Origin: Camelus ferus
Taxonomy: Eukaryota
Direction: 5' to 3'
Assembly: GCF_009834535.1 (NCBI RefSeq)
Contig: NC_045696.1
Location: 59,708,001 to 59,772,000, forward strand
DNA: 64,000 nt
The notes below the pieces were generated by a model, which did no database searches, had not been told where the DNA came from, and was given only the letters and a program-made list of their open reading frames with translations. Each line of letters starts with the position of its first letter. Positions within the stretch are counted from its first letter, which is position 1. The position numbers and the translations under genes were made by a program. Below, in pieces: positions 27,642-41,005 of the stretch.

Positions 27642-27739
27642 TTTTTTTTTTTTTTTAAATGGAGGTACTGGGGATTGAACCCAGGACCGTGAGCATGCTA
27701 AGCATGCGCTCTACTGCTGAGCTATATACCCACATCCCC
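27642..27739 (-). mobile_element. Camelid tRNA-derived SINE (Vic-1-like)
   Basis: Reverse complement reads ...TATAGCTCAGCAGTAGAGCGCATGCTTAGCATGCTC...GGTTCAATCCCCAGTACCTCC plus A tail. Degenerate TSD AATGTATGGT / AATATATGGT. Confidence 0.85.
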
Positions 27740-27889
27740 AATATATGGTTGCTTTTAATTTTTTTCCCAGTCCACTAGTTTCCTTCAATATATGTCATTA
27801 AGGGTGCTTTAGAAATGGATTTCTATTCCCTAAATACAAGGTATCAGTGCAGAAAACATGTCAAGTTATGATTACTGGTTAAACAGCAG

Positions 27890-28095
27890 GTAACATTTGT
27901 TGAGCATGTAGTGCGTGTCAGTGTTATCTGTGGTAACTCATGTAATCCTTGCAATAACTCTCTGTGGTAGGAATTAGTAATACCCCTGTTTTACAGATAA
28001 GGGAAATGAACCAATGCCAGGCTAATTAACTTGCTCAAGATTATACAGATAGTAACAGTGGAGACAGATTCAAACCTAGCAGTATGACTCTAGGC
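27890..28095 (-). mobile_element. MIR SINE (one of many; others near 7200-7340, 26900-27060, 34215-34330, 54730-54850)
   Basis: MIR core CCCTGTTTTACAGATAAGGGAAATGA...TAACTTGCTCAAG...GATTCAAACCTAG. Confidence 0.65.
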
Positions 28096-30429
28096 CGAGT
28101 AACCCACCAAGTGGGAAATGGGTGACTCACATCTGACTAACTTAGGAGTGATAGCGTTTTGCATTTTTGTGAAGTCCTCTCTGGTCTTTGGTAGGATTTC
28201 CCCTGAAGTTCCACTTTTCTGTGTGGCACAACCTGTGGCATACAGTGGACAGTTTGCAGGAATGCCTAGGGCAGCCCACAATTCCTTATCTATCTGGAGA
28301 GTCGCTCATGGTAATCCTGTTTCTCCCAGCCACCTCTCCTCCCTCTGCTGCAAATAACCTCAGGGTTTTCAGAGCCATTCCCTTGGGCGCTTTCCCACGT
28401 GCTGTGGCATGTGTTTGCAGGGAAATGCCTTCCTGCTCAAGTACAATGAGATCCGCAGTGTAGACAGCCTCTAGACAGCCTCGGGCAAGCACAAAGAGCG
28501 GGACATGCCTCCCTCTTGGCAGGGCAGTTATCTCCAGACTAAGTGTCAGAGGCCCGAAGTTCATTGCCAGGCTGTTAATCTTCCCAGCCCCATCTCTACT
28601 GACAGCTTGTGCCTACTCTAGATGGTTCTGAAGCCTGGTAGGAGGGACAGAGATAAAGAGCAGACACCAAATTCTGTATCTGTTTGCGTTTCCCTCTCCC
28701 TTGCTGGAGAGCTCTAATGGGCATTTGATAAAGTCATGTTGAATGAACAAATGAATAAATGTTAAATTGAGCCAAATCTGAACTGAACCTGTAACTTCCA
28801 CCCTTGGTGACAACTGTGCCCAGGAGCAAGTTTAGTTCCTCCTCTGGGTGGATCTGCCCTTCTGTTAGGAGCCTACAGTGTCGGGTCTCTGAGCTCTGTC
28901 CTTGGTCCTACCTTTTTCTCCATGTTTATCTCTCACTTGAGTGAACACATTGAAGCATAAATTTCAGGTCTTCAGATAACACAAAACTGGAAGAATCACC
29001 ACTCTGATAGATGAGAGAGTCAAGATTACCATGCCTTAGCTAGAAAATGTAATTTAATGAAGATAAATAGAAAATTCTCTGAGTTAAATGCCTGAGAGCC
29101 CCAAGTAGAGAAGGGGGAGGAGCAGGGCTGAGAAGACCCCCCCAATCAGATTGGGGTTTTCAGTAGGCCCTGCATCATAGATGCCCACAGCTGGACTTAG
29201 CTAAGAGACTCTTGGACCCACCGATAGAAGTGATAGTGTCTGCTTAGGGGAAGTGAGCGCGGGACTTAGTCTGGGCTGAAAGACTCCATCTGAAAGACTG
29301 AGTTTCCCCCAGTTAGAAGGGACAGTGACATACTGAAGTTTATCCAGAAGAATATAAAGAAAATATTGGAAACCACACATTCTAGAGCCATTCGAAGGAA
29401 TATTTGGGAAAGGGAAGGCTTAAGAAATTTTTGACCAAGTTGTCACATATGTGAAGCTCTGTTGAAGAAAGATTTCTTCTGGACTGCTCTGGAGGTCAGA
29501 CTGAGAACTGTGGATGGAAATTACAAAAACAAATTAAATGTTCTTAAAATCACAGCTCTCCACCAGGAAGGAACGGTGTCATAAAACAGAGAGCTGGGTA
29601 TCTTTAAAAGGGTCCTGCCATGAGTAGGGGGTCAGAGAAGCCCATTAAGGCCCTGGGCTTCTGTGATCTGTAATCCCGGCTGGCTCTTCTGGCTTTGTGT
29701 TCTCTGCAGCAGGGTTCAACAGTCCTCCTCCCTCACTGATGCCGCTCCATATATCGACGCATTTGGTGGAAGCCTTGTGTTACTCTCCTAGAACAATGCA
29801 CTTATCTAGCAAGGTTTAGTGAAATGTGTTCTGAGCCTAAATTTGAAAACCTGAATCTGGTCTTGGCCCTGCTACCAACAAGCTTGGGGTCTTCAGTTTT
29901 TCCACGAATGAGATAAGAGGGTTGGATAATCTCTGACTTAACTCATTTACTTACTAACCCACACATTCATGCAACAAATATTTATTGCATATCTGTCATC
30001 CTCCAGACACTTATCTCCCTTAGATAAATCCCTTTCTCTTCCAGGGATTTATTTTCGTCATCTGTAAAATAGGAGGATTGGATCAGATGAACCCTAAAAT
30101 TCCTCTCACTTCTCATAGGCCACGGACTCACCTGACAGGTCCATTACCATCTCAGCACTCACGTCATTGTTTTGGCTGAAAGGTTATCCCTTAAGTCTTG
30201 GATGAATGCTTTGCTAAAATCAAAAACCATTTTGTGCTTCAGGCATTTCTCAAATCGGTCTACCTATTCATTCATTTTAAAAAGAGAGAATGAAGGGATT
30301 ATTTTGTATATATCAAAGGCCTATCACATTAAGAGAAACCGAAAAAAAGAGAATAAAAGGAAAATTGGGAAAACAACAAATGCTAATCATAACAGTTAAT
30401 ACTCATTGAATGCTTAATGAGGCAAGTTT

Positions 30430-31430
30430 TTGAGTCTTTAAAAGTCTGGAAATGCTTTTAATGTACCCTCATCTTGATGGTGGCTTGTCTGGGCATAGAA
30501 TTCTAGGTTGGAAATCATTGTCACTTCAGATTTGGAAGAAACTGCTCCATTTTCTTTTGTGTTTAATGTTGTTGAAATCTGTTGTCATTATGATTCTTGA
30601 TTTGTTGGCCTTTACCTGATGTTGGTCCCTCCTCTATCAAAGCTTTTAGGATGTCCTTTTCTTTGCCAGTATGTTCTGATGCTGTGTGTGCTTGGGTCTT
30701 TTTAAAAATGAATTACACCGGGCACTTGGAACATTAGATCAAGTTGGCAATTCACACCCTCAGTCCTGGGAATTTTCCTTTACGATTTATTCCTTTCCAT
30801 TCTGTCTAAAACGTGTTAGATTGATTCTCTGATTTTCTTATACTTTCTCCCCTGTTTTCCTCTCTTGGTGATCTTGTTCTGCTTCCTGGAAAATTTGACT
30901 TTATCTCTAACCCATGTGTGAAATGTTTCTTTTCAACCACATTTTTGGTTTCTAGGAGCCTCTCATTCTGTAATGTTTCCTCTTTCAGTGGGAGCTTGCT
31001 CTTTTTTCGTGGATAAACCATCCTCTCTTACCTCTCTGAGGATAGTATAGTGTGGTTGAAGTTTTATTGTCCTGCCTGCATTTGTTTCCTCTGAGTTCCT
31101 GGTCCTCTTTGCCCAGTTTGGTCTCTGTCTGAGAGGCTTTTCTGAAAAATCTGGTGATCTCTAGCTGAATTGTATTCATATTTAGGAATGCGGCACCGAG
31201 AAAGCTGACTGGATATTCTGTATAATGGAAGGAGCCTATTGACTGGAGGGCTTCACGGTGTTGTGATCGGGCAGGGCACTGGAGCTTTGGGGGACGGGTC
31301 TCCAAATGTCAGTATTTGAGTATCTGTACATTTTTTTTTTTATTTCTCCAACCAAAGAGCCTCAAATCTGACTAATATGTTTCTATTTGTCTGCCAGTGT
31401 CCTGGGAGCCAAGAGGGACAAGGATGTGGC
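30430..31430 (-). mobile_element. Old L1/HAL1-like ORF1 remnant, antisense
   Basis: T-rich + strand; GGGCATAGAATTCTAGGTTGGAAATCATT is the reverse complement of a conserved ORF1 motif. Confidence 0.55.
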
Positions 31431-34400
31431 CATCTCTTAGTTTGTACGTAGACATCCAGTGAATTTCAACCTTCTTGTGGATTTATAACTTCTCCCCCTT
31501 GTGTAGTTTTTGTTGGGGTTAGGAATTAGTGGTGATATAGCCAAATGGCAAGATAATTTTTTCAAAAAAGGTCTCAGAACATAAACCATGGGATCCAGAA
31601 GACACTGACGAGAATAGGCGGGCAGCCAACGAGAGCCTTCTCAGGCGCTGGAAGGAGATAGTTACATATCAGGCAGTGTCTCATGGAATGTTACTTATGG
31701 ATCGCCTGCCATGTGCTAGGCATCCCTCTCGACTCGGGAGATCCAGGAGCAAGACAGGGAGAGCTGGATCTCACATCCCTTCCTGGATCTGACATTCAGG
31801 TTTGCGATGCGATAGCCAGTAAGTTAACAAATAAACACAATAATGAGAGGTGCTCAAGAAAATTAAACAGGGTTGTGTGTTACAGAGTAAATATAGAAAC
31901 TTCTCCACTCATAGAACAGAATTAACACTGAGAAGGGCCCCGAAGTCCAATTTCCTCATCTTAAGAACGAGGAAACGCAGGTAAGGAGAGGGGAAGGGAT
32001 TTTCCCAGAGTCACTCACGGGGAAAACCTGCACCAGCACCAGGGCCTCCCTAGTCCCGCTCTCGCACGCATCCCGCCCGCATCCCGCCCACTGTTAATTA
32101 CTGGCCAGTTCCCGAGAGAGACACTGACGACAGGCCACCCCCTGCCCTCCGTCTCAGCAACGTGGGGACAACTAAACCACACAGCAACTCGGCTGTGTCA
32201 GCAGCAGCCCCAGCGAACAGAGATAAAGCAAAGTGTCAGCTTCAGGCTCCTCTGGACCTGACGGCCCCGTGGGCTACCAAGGTACAACCTGCAGACGGCC
32301 CAGCGCTCACAGCAGCACGCCCCAGTGCCCAGACATGGCGTCACACCTCCACCTCAGAAGTCCACTTCCAGAGAAAGCCGGAGCCCTGAACTCCAGTGGA
32401 GAAGCCTGGTGTCGGGAGAGCTCTTCTGGGTTTCACAGGAGCGCAGGGACAGAGGTTTATAGGGACGGGTTTTGAAGCCTCCACTCAGACATCAGCAGTG
32501 ACTCTCACTTTTCCCGAGGCGCGTGTGGTGGTCCTGGGGCAACGCTGGGAACTGTCCAGCCATCTACCAGCCCTTCTTTCCCTGAAAGTATGATGCCTCC
32601 TGGGAATGTTCGCATTTTCCCCCTTTACGTTGTTGACCTGTCTTACAGGTGGTTAGTGTGGATGGTTTTGTTCCTTTCATTATAAAATAAACTAACTCCT
32701 GGGTAGGGAATATTGGGCAACACTGGAAATTGGAAAGGAGGGGGGAGATCACCCAGAGTCCTCCACCCAACAAGGCCAATCTTAACATTCTGATGACATT
32801 CCTTCCTGTTAGTTTCCTGTGAACAGAGTTGTCAAGTTGTTCATGTTCTTCTCATAGTTACATAAGCAACCTTACATCCTGCCCTGTTTTTTTCTTTTTC
32901 ACATTGTATGTGAAAGCAATGTGTAAGCTATTACAAAGCTTTATAAATACCTAAGGGCTGCTTAATTAAACATTCACTTAGCAGAGGTATCACAATTACT
33001 TAACCCTTCCCTTCCTGTTAGATTTTTATATTCTCGTTTTAGGGCTTTTCAATGTTGTGGCTATTAAGTTTTTCTCATTAAAAAATGCTCTTGTGAACAT
33101 CTTCTTGCTTAAAGCCATGTGTGCACAGCTGCACATCACCTGTAGGCTGCTTTTCATCTTTTTGCCTAGAAAGGAGTCATAAACATACTCCACTTGGAGG
33201 GGGTTTGTGGTCAGGGGATTAGTAAATAAAATGAAAATAATCTCTGATGGTGGGGTTCCAGGCTCTGGCAGCAGATGCAGGGGTTGCTGAGGGAGAGAAG
33301 GACAGCTGTGCACAGGAGTTGGCAGTGACCTTTGAACTGTGCCACACAGACTCCCTCCAACTGCACATTCTGCTGAGCCGGCTCTGGCCTCGCGTGCTGC
33401 CATTCACAGGTGATGTTCACAGAACTCTCTCCGGGCCTCGCACTGCCTAAGCGTCACGGAAGAATTAGGCAGAGGGAGCTGGAGAGCAGCAGCTGGGAGA
33501 GGAGGAGGTCTGACTTATCTGATGGGCGCCTCCCAGCACAAGTCCCTGTGTGTCAGCATCAGATCCAAGCGCTTGGCAAAGCAGCGTCAGAAACTGAAGT
33601 TCACAGTTATCAGTGGGGTTGGATGGCAGACACTGTGGGCAGTTAGACTCATGGAAAGGAGAGCATCTTCAGATGCAAGGTCCATGGAAAGCAATGCAGA
33701 ATGAAAAGGCAGGAGTAAATCCTCTTTTTCCATTAAGGGATCTGGGGTCCCACCATCCCCTTGTGTTTAACAGGAGAAGCATGTGCTGACTTGGGGAACC
33801 TTTAAAGGCATCTGTGCCACCTTTCCTAAGACAGCTAGGGACAGTTCTTCTAGTTGGCCAGGGTAAGGGCAAGACTCCATTAAGATTTTTTAAAGGAAAA
33901 AATTAATTTACATAATAATTCATTAATAATTAAATAATTCATTACATAATTATTACATAATAATTTACATGCCTATACACATCTGGTACAATCTATTCCC
34001 AGACAAATGTACCATCCAAATTGATTTCTTTTTTCCATTTCTTCTCTACTCCTAACTTTCCCCTCAAATTTAAGTCATAATAATTAATCAATACCTCTGG
34101 AATTTATTTCTAAGCAAACATTTAGAGAGCTAACTCTGCTCAAGGCAGTGTCCTAACTGCTTTAAAAGTATTTAAAAGTATTATCTCACTTAACACTTTT
34201 AAAGTATAATCTCATTTAATCTTCATAGCAACTTATGACATAGTGATTATACCCATTCAACAGATGAGCAAACTGAGACCAAGAGGTAAATAACTTGCCC
34301 CTGGTCGCACAGCTGGTGAGGGGCTCCTGAGCCCCTGCCCTTACCGCTAGGCTGGGCTGCCTCTGGAGACTCAGGTTAACAGAGCACACAGAAGGTGAGG

Positions 34401-35795
34401 CCCTGAAATGATAGCAGGGGAACACTGGGTAGGTTTAGTCCTACCTTTCTGATTGTCACTGGAAACCCTGCAGAGAATTTAATCATGTTCTTTTTCTGTA
34501 ACATGGAGGGCAGCTCACAGGGGTAAATAGCTCACACTGTTTATTCAAGAAAGAGGTTCAGTTAATCTCCAAATAGGAACCAAACGAAAATGGACGTAAA
34601 TGAAAGCAATAGTTTCTGGCAAATATGAGCAGAGCCAAGGCTGGTTATGAAGCCTCCTCTGGTGAATAGCGGCGCACGCTGGAAAGAAGGCCACTCAGCT
34701 GCCGCCGAGAGGCAGCAGGAAAGTGAGGGTGTGAGGCACTCCATGTGCCTTCTGGGAAGCATCGCAGGGGGTAGAGGATGAAGTCCACCCTGGATTGGGC
34801 AAGAGGGGAACCGGCGCCACCAAGAAAGGCCAGCCCCAGAAAGGAGACTGGGAAAGGAAGGGAAAGAGTCTGATCTGACTCAGCAGCGGGCGATGGGAGG
34901 AGATCCAGGTGGCCGTTAGCATCACAGAGGTGTAGCTGGCCTTGGGCTGAGTCAGAGACTCACACAGCGGCCAGACTGGCAGAGTAGGGGTCACTGCAAA
35001 GGGAGAAAGGTGAAAGGTCACAGAAACTGGGGTACAAGGTCAGAGAAGACTCAGCACACCTGACTTTAGGCTGAGTCTCTGCTGTCGGCTCAAGGCTCCC
35101 AACATTTCTCTAGTAGGAATAAATTTGGTCTTAGAATCTGGAGGAGGATCGAACTGATAGTTTGGAAGTTAAGCATCTATCACAGATAGTTTAAAAATAC
35201 ACAGTTAAACTATGATGTGACCTCAGAGTTTTGAACGGGGCGTGATAGCTCTTCCTGGTGCCTGTCAAATCACCTCTGACCTCTGTGGTGGTGAGAGATG
35301 GGCAGAAGGGCACCCAGCAAGGGGGAACATCAAGAGAGTAACCAACGGGCTAATAGAAGAGACCCAAACATACATCATGAAAAGGCCAAAAAATAGCTCA
35401 GGGGAGGAGGTCGTCTTAGAGAAATCAGGGACCCTGCTAAGAGAGAGAAAAGTCAAGCTTTCACATTTCTGTCAGTAAAAAGGATCTGCATGGCACAGCC
35501 TGCGTGTCCCTTGAGAAGAAGTTAGATCATAGCTTTGACTTCTTTGAGAACTAGCATAACTCAGCTCAGTGGAGAGCAGGACATCTGAAGTGCCTGCTGG
35601 GAAAGTCAGCCAGCTGCCCGACGTCCCATCTGTGTGGGGTGACTTCAGAGGGAAGCCTGCAGTGAAAGAGGGTGGGGCCGAGACAACACGGTATTGAGGG
35701 GCCGACAGCGGGCAGCTGGCGGCAGGGGAAGAGCAGGCACTCGCAGGAGGCAGAGGGACCAGGGTACCAAGGAAATGCTGAAAGCAAGCAAAGTT

Positions 35796-35959
35796 GGGGG
35801 GAAGGTGTAGCTCAAGCCGTAGAGCACATGCTTAGCAGGCATGAGGTCCTGGATTCAATCCCCAGTACCTCCTCAAAAAATAACTAAACCTGATTACTTC
35901 CCCCACCCCCTGCCAAAATAATTAAATAATATGATAATAAATAAAGTATTTTAAAAAAA
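35796..35959 (+). mobile_element. Camelid tRNA-derived SINE (Vic-1-like)
   Basis: GGGGGGAAGGTGTAGCTCAAG...GGATTCAATCCCCAGTACCTCC with Pol III A/B boxes and an AT-rich tail. Degenerate TSD AAGCAAGCAAAGTT / AAGTAAGCAAGGTT. Confidence 0.85.
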
Positions 35960-38900
35960 GGAAGTAAGCAAGGTTTAGAACCATGAAATGGGAAGATGGT
36001 CTGGGGGAGGGGAGGAGTACTCAGGAGGAAGCAGCTCTTCAAGGACAATTAAAAATTGACAATGAAGAATAAAGTCATCTTTACAGTAAGTCAGTATGTG
36101 GGAGATGCAGCCATTGAGAGACAGTGAGAGAGTGTAAGACAGAGGGGCCGTGACTGGCCCTAGCCGGGGAGGGGTCAGGTGGCCAAAGACAAGCCCAGTA
36201 GGGAGGCAAGGACGGCAAATGGGCAGTGGTTTTCCAGCTCAGTCGGTGTCTCCATGGTTAATTAGTCAAGCAGGGGACCGCTGAGAGACAGCGTTGTGTG
36301 TGTGGCTTTGTGCTGGGAAAGCACACAGGGGTCAGCTCTGACGAGGAAGTGCTGAAAATGAAGCCAGACGTGAAACATGACCTGCAGGCCCAAAGGGAAA
36401 ATTAGACAATGACTATGCCAAGAAATACAAAATAAAAATCTAAAGATTTGCAAAGGAGGATATTCAAACTTCTTAATGTTTTTAAATGGCTGTGGAGGAG
36501 GAAAGAATTAGGTGAAAACGAGAGATGTTGTCTCCAGCGTTTTCTACAGCAGGCTGTCGGGTGAACCCATTTAAGTTCCTGGGACCTAGGATTTAGCTCA
36601 GGGAGAGAAGTGGCAAAGGATCGGAGTGTGGCGGTGAGAAGCCGTGGGGGTGCGGACGCACCTGCGGTTCCTTTGGAAATGGGAGGAGAAGAGAAAATCA
36701 CAGCCCTGGGGCTCAGGGACACACACCCCAGAACCGGTCAGAAAGAAGAAGGACACACGCGTACTTTTCTATGAAACTGATAATTTAGTATTTGTGAGGG
36801 AATGTGGGTTTTACTGGTTCATGAGGGTCACACTCTAATTAACGTTCAGCAGATGTGTGGCTCATCCCAGTCCTGCACGAAGCGCGAAGCGTGAATGAAT
36901 GCTTGTAAGGACTGCAGGTAAAAGCCTGAAGTGCGCTAAGCCTCCTCAGAGGTCTGTTGGCCCCTCTACCCTCAACCCCTCCCCCTGCTGGCAGGGGCTC
37001 TTAGAACGTCCCAGTACTGATTCCATGTGTGTTCTCTGAAGCAGTTTCTCAAGTGCGAACCCCAAGTCCCCGTGTGCCCTGAAACTTCCCTGTTGCTCTG
37101 GGGAGAGGATGAGGAGGGACTGTTTCAGGGGCAGCCATCCTGACCACTGACTCATGCGTTTCTCCTCACCCCCTCAACGGGCACCCTTTGGAGTTCCCTC
37201 ATGACCATGGGGTGGGCACCCCAGGCGGTACATCTCTTGGACCAAGCCATTGAGGTGCAGGGAGCCAGGATATGCATCCTGGGTTTGACTTATAATCGGT
37301 TTTGGCTGGATCTAGAGCTTGAGCACTGCAGAAGTGCCTGTCCATCATCTCCCTCCCACTTCCTCTTGGGCCCTGGACCCAGCAGCCTGCAGGAGGCAAA
37401 CAGCACCACCTAGTGGTGTTTCCAGGCTTCTCTCCAGGAACTGGATCTTGAATTGTAGAAACACACTGCCTGGTTCTTTATCCTCTCCTGCCCCCACCTC
37501 AGCCCACCATGGAAGAATCTGAGGACCTGAGGTTGGCACCGAGGAGAACTCCACAGAGGCATAGAAACCCAGTGACAGAACTTCTCAGACTTAAGGAAAT
37601 TTCGTGGTCATGTAGCCCAGCATTCTCAGATGGTCCATTAGTGGAAAGTGGAATCGATTTAGTAGGATGCCACCAGCCATTGAGAAAAAAATATATAGTG
37701 TCAGAGTGAAATCTGTGTTTCAGTGATACAGCTGTTCATATGTGGTGTAGACTGGTCATGATGTAAATTGCAATCCACAAAGTCTAAGAGACTGGATATA
37801 GGGCAAGCAAACCCTTAGAGGTCCAGGAGCTCAGGCCACTGATGTCTTCTTCTCCCCACCTGCCTCCCATCCCCTCCAACCATAAACACTCCTGAAAATA
37901 TGCCTATAATTTGCCCCATGGGTGTGATTTATGGTGTGGTTTGTGGGATTTGTAGTTGAGGTCTGGGTTCAAGTCCAGCTGGGTGACTGTGGGAAACCAG
38001 CCAGCTAGCATTTCTCCTGCAGTATCCCAGAGACCCCCCTTCTCAGAATTGTGAGTTTCAGGGGGAAGGGACACTCCTTATTTAAAGTATGCATGTCTGG
38101 ACCCTAACCCCAGCCTTCTGACTCATAATCTGTGATGGGGGGTTGGAGCAAGGAGGGGACCAGCTAGGGAATCTGCATTTTCAGTAACCTCCCTAGGTGA
38201 TTTTTATGCACACTCAAGGTTCCAACCCCTGATCTTCACATTTCTGAGACTTTTATTTCTTGACCTATGAGATGGAGACGTTAATAACGCCTGGTTATTA
38301 TGATGATGGAATGGATAATTTATGTGAAGGTGTTTTACGCACTGTAAAACCACTCTTCAGACCTGAGGCATTACCACCCCACAGCATCCTTCTCTAAATG
38401 ACACTTTAGGGAAGATAGCACCAGGAGAGTCGGGGAGTGGGGTCTGCTGCATTTAAAGGAACCAACAACATTAGTGGAAAAAATGAACCAAAAACATGTT
38501 GATTTCTTCTGTCTCCTCCCATCTCCCACCTTCTGTCCTACAGTTTCTCTCCTTGATCTAACCCTGACGGCAGTACCACGCCCATCCATGGAAATGTGTT
38601 TAGAGGGGGCTTCCTGCTCTGTGGTTGGAGATTATGCACTCTGCAACCATCAGTCTGGCGCATCATGTTAACCTTTTGAAGCCCACTGTGACATTCAATT
38701 TCCTTTAATAGAAAATTGTCACAGTCCTGAATGCGGAGCTCTTGGTCCTGGTGGGACCGTTGATCCCCTCCTCACTGTGATGTTCGCTGTGTTTAGACGC
38801 CTCCCAGAATGTGTGTGGAATAGCTAACAGCGTATCTGAACTAGTGCATTAATCTGAAGGCTTAAATCAGAGATGTGCAGATTGGAGGCGAGTTTCCTGG

Positions 38901-39942
38901 AGGTGGGAGGGGGCTTTCCCCTTGAACCTTAGAGAACAGGCTGCTTGGGGGGCCCCCTTTCCTTCCCTTCCCTCCTTCTCACGCTCTCCCTAAGGGCAGC
39001 AGCTCTTCCAAGAGGGAGGCTTTGTGCTCAGTTCTAGAAGGCAAATGAATACTTAATGGTTTCTCACGGTGAGGGTGAGAGTCTCAGTGTTCAGCTCGTA
39101 GAGGGTGTTTCTATCCTGGGGTCTCTCTGCCCAGTTTTATTGGTTCTGCCCCAGGCTCGGTGCCAGGCCCTGAGGGAGAACAGGGTGGAGCACTGAGGAC
39201 AGCGCCTAAGAAGGATGTGCCCCTTCTCCCCTTCCCAGTTTCCCATCCTCTCTCCTGGTCCCCAGTGGCTGAGCTGGCATAAAACAGTTCTATTCCCCTT
39301 CCAGATAAACCGTGTTCTGCTTCTGCCTTTGAGTTGAGGGCTCATTCTTTTGTATGTCACTGGTGCCTCCGTTTTATGCTAATGGTCCAGCTAGTGGTGG
39401 GGATGGGGAAGGTGGCAGGGGTGAAAGGGAAAGGATGCCGTCTCTTCCATTATTCCCAACACCAGCTAGAATCCAGTGAGGGTGAGTAGAAATTAGGCCA
39501 AGAAGGGGTGGAAGTGCAGGTCGGCAGGGGGCACAGGGCGGAGCCCTTGTAAGAAATCAAGGGACACACTGGGGAAGGGGTTGGAGGACACAATTAGCTG
39601 GAAGCTTGGTAAAGGAAAAAGGGAAAAAACTCCAACCAAATAAAAAGGAATTAGAAGCAAAGACTGGTTCTGGGCAGGCTCCAGACTGTTGCTGCAGCTG
39701 GAACAGCTGAATGATTGAATGGTGCTATGTTAATTTCTGTTGTTTTTTTTTTTTTTCTTATTCTCTTTCCAATTCCCAACCCCCTTTTCCATCTTCTGCC
39801 TTGTTGGCACCCTGAACCCCACCTTTTCTCTTTTCCTTCCTTGTCTCCTCTGCTCTCATGCACTCTCCCTCCTTCCCCTCTTGCCCACCTGCATCCTTCC
39901 TCTCTGCCCCCATGTCTTACTCTCCCCCACCCTACCCCCAAG

Positions 39943-40189
39943 CTCTCAGGTGGCTGTGAGTTGACCGTGGTCCTCCAGGACTTCAACGCGGGCCACAGCA
40001 GCGAGCTGAGCATCCAGGTGGGACAGACGGTTGAGCTGCTGGAGCGGCCGAGTGAGCGGCCGGGCTGGTGTCTGGTCCGCACCACGGAACGGAGCCCCCC
40101 CCAGGAGGGCCTGGTCCCCAGCAGCGCCCTGTGCATCTCCCACTCCCGAAGCAGCGTGGAGATGGATTGCTTCTTCCCCTTGGTGAAAG
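39943..40189 (+). CDS. KALRN: Kalirin internal coding exon encoding the first SH3 domain (long isoforms such as Kal9/Kal12)
   Basis: Translates to LSGGCELTVVLQDFNAGHSSELSIQVGQTVELLERPSERPGWCLVRTTERSPPQEGLVPSSALCISHSRSSVEMDCFFPLVK(D), recognised as kalirin SH3-1 (the TRIO paralog reads VVIHDFTAC...). Long pyrimidine tract, AG at 39941-39942, donor G|GTAGGG at 40190. 247 nt, phase 0 start, phase 1 end. Confidence 0.95.
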
Positions 40190-40819
40190 GTAGGGAGAGT
40201 GGAGGGAGAGGGGTGTGGCCCGGAGGCTGCGGCAGGTGCTGGCCCTTGCTAACTGAAGAGCATCATGATTCTCAGCTGTCTCAGGAACCTTTTTGACCTT
40301 GTGGGATCTCTGGGACCTACCCGTGAGGAGCATGGTTGGGAGCTGAAAGGGAAAGAGCTATGGAATCGCCGTGTGACTTTGGAAAAGTCAGTTCACCTTT
40401 CTGAGTCAGTTTCATCTTAAAAATGAAGGTTGACTTAGATGACCCCTAAGAGCTCTTCTGAGTCTCCCACTGTATCGCCCAACCTCCAGAAGAGTCCTCT
40501 TCCACCCGTGGCCAAAAGCCGCGACTCCTCCTTTCTCACTGACCCCACCCCCTCCACAGCTACTGCAGGCTCCCTGGCCCCCTCACCCCACCTGGATGCT
40601 CACACTTCACAGAGGACTGAGCAAACCCCAGGGGAACACAGAGCACAACCAAGTCAGGTGTGACCGTCCCCTCAGCCCTGCAGGGGTCTGAGACACTCAT
40701 TTGTGTATCTTTGTGGACAAATTATTGGAGCCTTGGCTTCTGTTTTATATAAGCTCTGTGTTCCCTCCACATGGCTGTTTATTCACTTTTCTCACACCGG
40801 GAGACTGAACCACAGAAAA

Positions 40820-41005
40820 CAGTGATTCTCCAGGGCGAGGGGGGTGGTTTTGGACTGACAGCATCCCCAGGAAACTTTGAGGAATGCAAATTCTCAGACC
40901 ACACTCCTGACCTACCAGGCCAGAAACACTGGGGTGGGGCCAGCAGTTTGCATCTTAACAAGCCTCCAGGGGACTCCAGTGCACACTGAAGTATGACAGC
41001 CACTG
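40820..41005 (+). mobile_element. MER5A-like DNA transposon
   Basis: CAGTGATTCTC...GAATGCAAATTCTCAG...GGGGTGGGGCCAGCAGTTTGCATCTTAACAAGCC...CCACTG. Confidence 0.75.

Noticed and set aside
33895..33970. Repeating TTACATAAT units
   Set aside because: Low-complexity AT-rich slippage; no spacer structure, not CRISPR-like.
35796..35872. tRNA gene
   Set aside because: The tRNA-like head is followed by a SINE body, AT-rich tail and TSD, so it is a SINE. The same applies at 27660 and 41710.
1..39700. Kalirin-7 terminal exon (..GDPFSTYV*) or other KALRN coding exons
   Set aside because: No matching peptide seen in the ORF track or by eye; presumably upstream of the window. A very short exon could have been missed.
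39715..40296. 193-aa ORF as a stand-alone gene with a hydrophobic N-terminus
   Set aside because: The N-terminal part is the translated polypyrimidine tract; only 39943-40189 is kalirin coding sequence.
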